Shown: piece after piece, positions 55,020-61,784 of the stretch
Position numbering within the stretch: the first letter of the stretch is position 1
Layout: each line of letters opens with the position of its first letter
Origin: an uncultured Defluviitaleaceae bacterium
GTDB lineage: Bacteria > Bacillota > Clostridia > Lachnospirales > WQUN01
Length of the DNA: 61,784 nucleotides
Assembly (NCBI GenBank): GCA_964621475.1
Contig: CAZUNC010000001.1
Location: 1-61,784 of the forward strand
Direction: 5' to 3'
Program-made: the position numbers and the translations under genes
The notes under the pieces: model-generated
The model's input: only the letters and a program-made list of their open reading frames with translations
Databases searched by the model: none
What the model was told of the DNA's origin: nothing

Positions 55020-55942
55020 TCTTTAAAAAGGACTTTGTCAGTATAAAGGAGCTCTCTTCTGAGGACATCCTGTTTATATTAAATACAGCCGAGACCATGA
55101 AGCTCGTGCTGACTCAAAAGAATAAGAAGGTACCGCATCTACAAGGGCGTTCTGTAATATTACTGTTTTATGAAAAAAGCTCACGTACAAAACTCTCATA
55201 TGACCTGGCTGCACAGTATCTGAGCGCGAGCGTTGTTGATATGACGATGAGCACAGAGACAAAAACCGTCACAAAGCTCACGGAGGTTGGGCAGATCATC
55301 GATCAGATGGGTGGGGATTTTATCGTACTCAGGCATCCGATGTCCGGCAGCGCGAAGTTATTGGCCGAGCATGTGTCGGCCGGTGTGATCAACGCCGGCG
55401 ACGGCTTTAACGAGAACCCAAGCCAAAGCTTATTAGACCTGATGACGATAAAGATGCAGAAGGGGAGTTTTGAGGGGCTGAAGGTTGCGATCATCGGTGA
55501 CATCTCCCATAGTCGTGTGAGCCGGAGCAACATATTCGCACTGCTAAAGCTCAAGACCGAGCTCATACTTTCTGGACCGCCGTCGTTGGTTCCTGACGAA
55601 TGGGAAGCTTTTGGACCACGTATCGTATACGACATCAAAGAGGCGGTAAGGGATGCGGATGTGATCATGGTCACGCGTTTACAGCAGGAACACGCGTATA
55701 AGGGGCTTTTACCGTCGTTTTATGAATATAGGGATTTCTTTAAGATTGATGAAGAGATATTGAAGCTCGCGAAACCGGACGCTATCGTGATGCATCCGGG
55801 TCCGATCAATAGAAGCGTTGAAATATCCTCCGGAGTTATCGATTCCAAGCAGTGCCTTGTGGAGGATCAAATCGCTAACGGTGTGGCGATACGAATGGCA
55901 TTACTATACCTGATGAGCATGAGAGGGGGCATCAGTGCATGA
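55016..55942 (+). CDS. pyrB: Aspartate carbamoyltransferase catalytic-chain homolog (atypical HPTQ motif)
   Basis: SSRTKLSYD (STRTR region), LRHP, GDISHSRV, TRLQQE, MHPGPINR. The HPTQ motif reads NPSQ. ATG 55016 overlaps the rluD stop (ATGA); the track extension from 54959 is rejected. Confidence 0.8.
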   Translation: MIFKKDFVSIKELSSEDILFILNTAETMKLVLTQKNKKVPHLQGRSVILLFYEKSSRTKLSYDLAAQYLSASVVDMTMSTETKTVTKLTEVGQIIDQMGGDFIVLRHPMSGSAKLLAEHVSAGVINAGDGFNENPSQSLLDLMTIKMQKGSFEGLKVAIIGDISHSRVSRSNIFALLKLKTELILSGPPSLVPDEWEAFGPRIVYDIKEAVRDADVIMVTRLQQEHAYKGLLPSFYEYRDFFKIDEEILKLAKPDAIVMHPGPINRSVEISSGVIDSKQCLVEDQIANGVAIRMALLYLMSMRGGISA

Positions 55943-57225
55943 AGCTGTTGATCAAAAACGCGACACTGTACGGCAGCGACAACAGCGCGGGTGTATATGA
56001 CGTACTGTCGACCGACGGCATCATCACGTTGATCGCGCCATCTATCGACGATTCATATGCAAGAAACGCCGATATCGTAGATATTGAGGGCAAAGTGCTG
56101 TTGCCTGGGCTTATCGATATGCATTGCCGCGTTAGCGATCCGGATTATGAGAGCAAGGAGGACATCAAGAGTGTATCGAAGGCAGCCGCGAAGACCGGTG
56201 TTACATCGATACTATGTCATCCGGACATGCGCCCAGTGATCGACAATAAAACGGTCGTACATTATGTTTCGGCAAAGAGCAACGAGGAAGCCCTTGTGCA
56301 TATATTTCCGTGCGGGAGCATGACCAGAAACGCCGAGGGTTCGGAGATAGCTGAGATAGGTGAAATGAAACGTGCGGGTATTGTAGCCGTGTCGGACGGG
56401 GGATGCTGTGTACAGGACGCAAACCTACTGCGAAACATTATGCTCTATAGCCGGATGTTTGACCTACCTGTGATGACGATCTGCGAGGATTGCAATCTGT
56501 CGGGCGGCGGGGTTGTAAATAAGGGAGATCTATCACTAAAGACGGGGTTGACGGGGATACCGCGTGAGGCGGAGGAGATCATCGTCGCGCGTAATTTAAT
56601 ATTGGCACGACATACGAAGGCGCGACTGCACATCAACGCTGTGAGTACGGAGCATTCTGTTGACATGATACGTGCCGCGAAGCGTGAGGGCGTGAATGTC
56701 ACATGCGACACCTCACCGCAATATTTCTCGCTGACTGAGGATGTGGCCGAGACATTTAACACACTCGCTAAAATAAAACCGCCGTTACGTACGCGGCGTG
56801 ATCTTGAGGCTGTTAGGGATGGCATTGCGGACGGCACGATCGATGTGATTGCAAGCGGACACGCACCCGATTCTATTGAGAGCAAAAGGGTGGAGTTTGA
56901 TAACGCATCGTTCGGGATCTCGTCGATAGAGACGCTGTTTGCATTAAGCTATACAGAGCTTGTAAAGACAGGACTTTTGACGCTGTCACAACTCACACAG
57001 AAGATGTCCGAAACACCAGCGAGGATACTATCGCTTTCAGGCAAGGGGCTTATTGAAGTCGGTGCGGATGCAGACTTCTTTGTTGTGGATACTCAGAACG
57101 GTTATACGATAAATGCCGCGGAGTTTGCGTCGCGCGCAAAGTTTTCTATGCACGACGGGTATCAAGCGGCCGCGTGTGTCTTATATACATTCGTGGACGG
57201 GCGGCCAATATATGCGAGGGATTGA
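55939..57225 (+). CDS. Dihydroorotase-like protein with substituted metal/catalytic residues (PyrC-prime-like, probably non-catalytic)
   Basis: 428 aa with amidohydrolase-fold colinearity to type I DHOase. However, DxHxH reads DMHCR, HxxHxST reads HINAVST, EVxPHH reads DTSPQY, and ATDHAPH reads ASGHAPD. Confidence 0.7.
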   Translation: MKLLIKNATLYGSDNSAGVYDVLSTDGIITLIAPSIDDSYARNADIVDIEGKVLLPGLIDMHCRVSDPDYESKEDIKSVSKAAAKTGVTSILCHPDMRPVIDNKTVVHYVSAKSNEEALVHIFPCGSMTRNAEGSEIAEIGEMKRAGIVAVSDGGCCVQDANLLRNIMLYSRMFDLPVMTICEDCNLSGGGVVNKGDLSLKTGLTGIPREAEEIIVARNLILARHTKARLHINAVSTEHSVDMIRAAKREGVNVTCDTSPQYFSLTEDVAETFNTLAKIKPPLRTRRDLEAVRDGIADGTIDVIASGHAPDSIESKRVEFDNASFGISSIETLFALSYTELVKTGLLTLSQLTQKMSETPARILSLSGKGLIEVGADADFFVVDTQNGYTINAAEFASRAKFSMHDGYQAAACVLYTFVDGRPIYARD

Positions 57226-57240
57226 TATGGCCGAACGTTA

Positions 57241-59445
57241 TTATAGTTCGTCGGCGGGTACGGGCTTTGAAAAATAATATCCCTGCACCATGTCACAACC
57301 GATTTCCCTAAGATATTCAACGTGCTCTCTTAACTCTATACCCTCAGCGACGGTCTTAATGCCGAGCTCCTTAGACATTTTAATAACGTTCGACAGTACG
57401 ATGTGTGTACGCTCGGCATCATTGTTGTCTATAAAGAAGCTGCGGTCGAGTTTTAATACATTAACCGGAAGGTTCCTTAAGAGACCGAGCGACGAATAAC
57501 CGGTGCCGAAGTCATCCATAGACATATGAAAACCCATACAGTGCAGTTCCGATATCAGGTCGACGAGCGCCTGTTGGTTGTTCATGATCGTAGTTTCGGT
57601 GATCTCAATTTCGAGCAAATCATGAGGGATAAGGTATCTGTCGGCTATATCGCATAATTCGGACACTAAGTTTTTATTGTACAGGTGCTTGCGAGAGAAG
57701 TTCACTGATATGTGGAAAGGCTCCTGTCTGTGTTCAATCAGAGTTCTTAGATAGCGGCATGTCTCCTCAAAAATGAACATGTCGAGCCGCGTTATAAAAC
57801 CGTTTTGCTCGAATATCGGGATGAATTCGGCAGGCATCTTATAAGACTTCCCGTCATATTTCCAACGAGCCAAGGCCTCGGCACCTGCCGGGGTCTCGTC
57901 TGTTAAATCCCATTTGCGTTGCAAAAATAGTTGGAACTCACCGTTAATGAGTGCTACCTCCATACGGCTTTCTATGTTTTTAGTATTTAAGGCTTCCTGA
58001 GTCATTGACTCATCGTAAACGCATATCTCCATACCTTGCTGCTTTGCCTTACGATGCGCGATATTTGCCCTTTCGATCGCTACATTTATATCCCTTGTAC
58101 CCTCCGTAAATAAATAATAATGTCCGGATGGAAACTTGAATGATAATGAGTAGTCATCACCCGTCAATGAGTGAAAGGCGTCTACAAATACCTGCCGTCT
58201 GTTTATTAGGTGCTCCTCTGATATATATTCATGTAGTAATATAAACTCATCGATATTAAAACGCGCGTATGTTTCCTTATCGCTGCACATAGAGTGCTCC
58301 ATAGCGTGAGCCATATTGCGCAGCATACGATCACCCTCGGCATAACCGAGGGTTTGGTTTATGAGCTTAAATCTGTCTATGTCGTTAATAACGAGCAGAT
58401 ACTTTGTGTCTGGATTTTTATCGAGTATACTCTGCGCGTCTATCTTGAATTTCAAGAGTGTAGGTGCGCCGGTGAGACTGTCAATGAATGCTATATCGGA
58501 AAGCTCCTTAAGGTGAGCCTTCTGATTACTCCAAAGCCAAAAGAAAAATGAAATCATAACAAATGCAAATAACACCGAAAAGATAAGTACAAGGAATGAT
58601 ATATCGCTTGTAAATGTTAATATAATCTCTTCAGGGATGACAGCAAAGATATGCCAGTTATTTATGCCTATTGAAGAATAGCGCATCATACATTTTTTTC
58701 CGTTGAGTAAGTATTCGGAAAATCCATCACGATTGTCAGCCAGGTTATTAGTGATCGTTTTAAAATCGTCGCCATTTGTAAACTTGGCACTTTCAAGATC
58801 CGCAATGAAGTTTATGGACGGAGAGGCAATACTATAATCATTTAGACTCTCTGCGATGATGTCGCCTTTACTACTGGTAATATAAGCGTATCCGTTGCCA
58901 TCAAACGAGCTCAATAGCAATGAATTGAGCTTATCTGTGGAATACGAACCCATTATAACGCCTATGATCTTGTCTTCAAAAATGATCGGTGAGGATATTG
59001 TGATTACCTTTATTGGGCGTATACGGGATGTAAACGGCTCAGAAATAATCGTATCCCCGGTCAGTGCATGCAAAAAAAAGCTCATGTCACCGATATAGAA
59101 ACGGCTTTCATTGTTGCTGAACGCATAGCCGAATTCATCAGAAACGGAGATGTATTCAAAATCGGACTCGCGGGCAAAAGCGTTTAATGTTTCCGTTGAT
59201 ATATCGTTCACATTTTTTGTCTTTGCCAAGACTGCCCCAAGCGATTTTATATAAAACCGTTCATCCCTGAGTTTTGCGGTAAAGTTATATGCCTGCTGCC
59301 GCATGATCTCATCAAGTGAATTTGAAACCGTCTTAGATAAATTATTTTTAATTGTGATATTTAAAAAAGCCAGTAACGTTAAAACCGAGAATAGGATTGC
59401 GCATACTGCTATTGCAAATTTTATTTTACTTAATTTTTTAAACAT
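57241..59445 (-). CDS. Sensor c-di-GMP phosphodiesterase: dCache-like + degenerate GGDEF (NIDEF) + EAL
   Basis: TM, ~250-aa extracytoplasmic Cache-like region, TM; ARFNIDEFILL instead of GGDEF. EAL motifs AGAEALARW, EIEITE, DDFGTGYSSL. ATG 59445 is 7 nt after GGAG; track start 59472. Confidence 0.85.
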   Translation of the reverse strand: MFKKLSKIKFAIAVCAILFSVLTLLAFLNITIKNNLSKTVSNSLDEIMRQQAYNFTAKLRDERFYIKSLGAVLAKTKNVNDISTETLNAFARESDFEYISVSDEFGYAFSNNESRFYIGDMSFFLHALTGDTIISEPFTSRIRPIKVITISSPIIFEDKIIGVIMGSYSTDKLNSLLLSSFDGNGYAYITSSKGDIIAESLNDYSIASPSINFIADLESAKFTNGDDFKTITNNLADNRDGFSEYLLNGKKCMMRYSSIGINNWHIFAVIPEEIILTFTSDISFLVLIFSVLFAFVMISFFFWLWSNQKAHLKELSDIAFIDSLTGAPTLLKFKIDAQSILDKNPDTKYLLVINDIDRFKLINQTLGYAEGDRMLRNMAHAMEHSMCSDKETYARFNIDEFILLHEYISEEHLINRRQVFVDAFHSLTGDDYSLSFKFPSGHYYLFTEGTRDINVAIERANIAHRKAKQQGMEICVYDESMTQEALNTKNIESRMEVALINGEFQLFLQRKWDLTDETPAGAEALARWKYDGKSYKMPAEFIPIFEQNGFITRLDMFIFEETCRYLRTLIEHRQEPFHISVNFSRKHLYNKNLVSELCDIADRYLIPHDLLEIEITETTIMNNQQALVDLISELHCMGFHMSMDDFGTGYSSLGLLRNLPVNVLKLDRSFFIDNNDAERTHIVLSNVIKMSKELGIKTVAEGIELREHVEYLREIGCDMVQGYYFSKPVPADEL

Positions 59446-61303
59446 CCTCATGCTCCGATTCTTCGTAAACAATATAATGATCCTTGCCCGATCGCTTAGT
59501 TAAATAAGATGCGTGATCAGCTTTTCTGTATAACTCGTCATAGGTCTTAGCGTCAGATGGGAAAAACGCTATGCCTATACTTGCGGATACTGTTACATCC
59601 TTGTCGCCGACAGAATATGTCTTCTTGATTTTATGATTAAGTGTTTCGGCTTTTAGCTTAGCAAAGTCCTTGTCGGGAATGTCACGTATCAGGAACAAGA
59701 ATTCATCGCCACCAAAGCGCCCCAAGATATCGCTGCTGCGAAATACGCTTTTGATTTTCTTTGTGACCTCTTTAAGTACATCGTCACCATACAGATGCCC
59801 GAAGGTGTCATTGATACCTTTAAAGTTGTCCAAATCTAAGCAAATCAGCGCATGCAGATCGGTATCCTTGGATAATTTCAATGCCTCCGAGATCAAATAC
59901 TCGGAGGTTTTTTTATTATATATACCCGTAAGATTATCTGTTTGAGCATCCTTGTTTAGGGCTTCCTCTTTCTTTATCTGCCCGTCTATATTTTCGAGTG
60001 ACCAGATGGCCTTATATGGTTTACCATGTCGATTGTTTACCACCACACCTGAGAATTCGCACCAGTGAAACATGCCTTTATCATCAGATATCCTAAAGCG
60101 GGCTTGTGCTACGTTTTGACCGGAGGTTATCTTTTTAAAGCTATCGATAAAAACATCCTTGTCCTCTATGTGTATTGCGTTTGCGCTGATGGCATCCTGT
60201 TCGCGGTTTATCGTAAAGATCTCACGATTGAAAATCTCTTTAAAATTTGATACAGATGTTATTTTACGTAGCGAGAAGGTCCACTCTATGATCGCTTTGT
60301 TTGTCTGTTCAGCGAGCGCACGAAAGCAATGTTCGTTTAATACAGCCGTTTCGCTGGATCGTCTCTGTGTGATATACGCATAAAGAAAGACAACTAACAA
60401 GACGAGGGTGATCTGCAACATCATATTCATTGCATATTTGACATATATACCGGAACGCGCTGCCACCTCACTTTCATCATGGATGGTCAGTATCATCCAA
60501 TTATTGATGCCCAGAGGGGTGATGTGCACATGCATAAACGAGCCCTTTTCCATATATGATGTATGTGCTTTTGTGTTATTTGCAAACGCATTTGTGACAT
60601 CATTGTATGTGTATCCTTGTTTAAAATCCTTTTTACTTAGATCATCTAAAAAATTTGATTTTGAGAGTTGGTTGTCGGTCAAAGCATTCGATGCAACGTA
60701 TCGCCCGTTTTCGTCTATAACACTGTAACCGCCCTGATCCCAGAACAGGCTCTTATCAAGGTTTGCGCTCAAGTCAGAGGTACGTATCGCCGCACGCAGG
60801 GCTGCAAAAGGTTTGTGCTGCTTGTTCCACAGCGGGACATGTATCTGAATAGTGGGTTCGTTTTCTATCAAGGTGTCCGCAACATCGTCGATATATGTCT
60901 CAGCGTTTGTGATCCTCTCAAGGCCCCCGAGTGAGGAAAAGTCCACGACATTACCGTCTGATGTATAGCTAATACCGGTTTCAAAGTTTATAGCAAGGCG
61001 CAAAAAGCCGTTTTGAATGGCCAGGCGGTTCAATAACGCTATGACCCGTGGGTCGGTAGGGTCATCATATTCCTCAAGTGTAGTGGATATGGCGTTAAGG
61101 GTCGTTATATAACTGTCTATCGTGTTGCGCATGGCTAATACATTGCTTATAGATATGTTTTCTAACTCGTGATCGGTGGCTTGCTCTTCATATTGGCGTA
61201 GGCGCTCTATAAAGTTGTTTACGCTTAGAAACAAAAGAACTGTCATAGATATTGCGATGACTGTTACAATGGCGTGTTTCCTCATCGAGCCAAAAAATTT
61301 CAT
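59438..61303 (-). CDS. Sensor diguanylate cyclase: dCache-like + PAS-like + GGDEF
   Basis: 621 aa. Intact RFGGDEFLFL with I-site RSSD five residues upstream. SD AAGAGGA. The stop overlaps the start of the downstream EAL gene. Confidence 0.85.
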   Translation of the reverse strand: MKFFGSMRKHAIVTVIAISMTVLLFLSVNNFIERLRQYEEQATDHELENISISNVLAMRNTIDSYITTLNAISTTLEEYDDPTDPRVIALLNRLAIQNGFLRLAINFETGISYTSDGNVVDFSSLGGLERITNAETYIDDVADTLIENEPTIQIHVPLWNKQHKPFAALRAAIRTSDLSANLDKSLFWDQGGYSVIDENGRYVASNALTDNQLSKSNFLDDLSKKDFKQGYTYNDVTNAFANNTKAHTSYMEKGSFMHVHITPLGINNWMILTIHDESEVAARSGIYVKYAMNMMLQITLVLLVVFLYAYITQRRSSETAVLNEHCFRALAEQTNKAIIEWTFSLRKITSVSNFKEIFNREIFTINREQDAISANAIHIEDKDVFIDSFKKITSGQNVAQARFRISDDKGMFHWCEFSGVVVNNRHGKPYKAIWSLENIDGQIKKEEALNKDAQTDNLTGIYNKKTSEYLISEALKLSKDTDLHALICLDLDNFKGINDTFGHLYGDDVLKEVTKKIKSVFRSSDILGRFGGDEFLFLIRDIPDKDFAKLKAETLNHKIKKTYSVGDKDVTVSASIGIAFFPSDAKTYDELYRKADHASYLTKRSGKDHYIVYEESEHEDV

Positions 61304-61449
61304 AAACGTCCTCTTTTATATTGAATTATTGGAGTTACTATATTACAATCTAAGAATAATTACAATGAGTATTCACATGCTATAAGAATATCAAATGATG
61401 TGAGTAAATGTATTAGTAGTAATTATAAAATACTTCTGGAGGTTTTATT

Positions 61450-61668
61450 ATGGATAAGCTTGAATTAAAGGTAAAAGGCATGTCATGCTCGCATTGTGAA
61501 AACGCAGTCAAAAAGGCCGTACTTGAGATAAACGGCGTCAAAAACTGCGAGGCGAGCGCGAAGACGGGTATAGTAGAGATCGGCTATGACGCGTCGGTAA
61601 TTTCCGCAGCTGCTCTGAGTAGCGCAGCTGTAGCCGCAATAGAAGACACGGGCTATGATGTGGATTGA
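61450..61668 (+). CDS. copZ: Heavy-metal-associated (HMA) domain metallochaperone, CopZ-like
   Basis: 72 aa. Metal-binding GMSCSHC near the N-terminus and a ferredoxin-like fold pattern. SD GGAGG. Confidence 0.75.
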   Translation: MDKLELKVKGMSCSHCENAVKKAVLEINGVKNCEASAKTGIVEIGYDASVISAAALSSAAVAAIEDTGYDVD

Positions 61669-61784
61669 AAAAGGGAATTGTTCATTGTATAATGCTTGAG
61701 AGCCGCATATGAACTTGCACGGTTCCCTTAGTGGCTGACTCTATCTTTTATGGGAGATGAATGATTTGAAGCACAAGTTGGGTA

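Noticed and set aside
61341-61365. Direct repeat ATTACAAT-N9-ATTACAAT upstream of copZ as a possible CopY/CsoR operator
   Set aside because: It matches neither the TACANNTGTA cop box nor a GC-rich CsoR palindrome. An 8-mer repeat in AT-rich DNA is weak evidence.
61669-61784. Possible start of a further gene (copA-like?) at the right edge, for example TTG at about 61762 after GGGAGA
   Set aside because: Fewer than 10 codons are visible and the start is ambiguous, so there is nothing to support a call.
1-61784. Scan for CRISPR arrays, tandem repeats, rRNA/tRNA genes, transposases, integrases and prophage genes
   Set aside because: I could not see any by eye. Intergenic regions are short (the longest is 310 nt) and lack repeat-spacer structure or tRNA-like T-arm motifs. 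A tRNAscan/Infernal/repeat-finder run would be needed to exclude them formally.

Overview
This 61.8-kb chromosomal segment reads like an endospore-forming, Clostridia-type Firmicute. Supporting signs are a SleC-like cortex hydrolase, a FabK-type FASII operon, a PASTA-bearing PBP and Gram-positive SD sites. I can support about 56 protein-coding genes. I saw no rRNA, tRNA, CRISPR array, transposase or integrase. Core blocks: a parE-parC-like topoisomerase pair (2150-6399); an 11-gene fabH-acpP-fabK-fabD-fabG-fabF-accB-fabZ-accC-accD-accA operon (33445-42309); ylxM-ffh-rpsP-khpA (31058-33262); a truncated dcw head mraZ-rsmH-ftsL-PBP (47702-52033); sleC; and lspA-rluD-pyrB-pyrC-like (53587-57225). 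Less ordinary content: four c-di-GMP genes (two intact GGDEF cyclases with I-sites and two degenerate-GGDEF/EAL proteins, one absent from the ORF track because it runs off the left edge and starts on GTG/TTG); a COG2984-type ABC importer; an orphan aldolase/kinase/dehydrogenase/reductase cassette; an AT-rich GNAT / radical-SAM / MazG-like cassette divergent from an HD-CHAP fusion gene; and two paralogous heterodimeric ABC exporter pairs. One exporter pair is preceded by a LytTR regulator, a kinase with no membrane domain and a canonical 9-12-9 LytTR direct repeat. Best candidates for something undescribed: the radical-SAM cassette plus HD-CHAP gene (14.5-18.1 kb), the LytTR / membrane-less kinase / ABC module (42.4-47.6 kb), and a pyrB-pyrC pair whose active-site residues are largely substituted. 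All calls come from reading motifs in the supplied translations and the DNA. No database search or computation was possible, so family names are recognitions, not hits.
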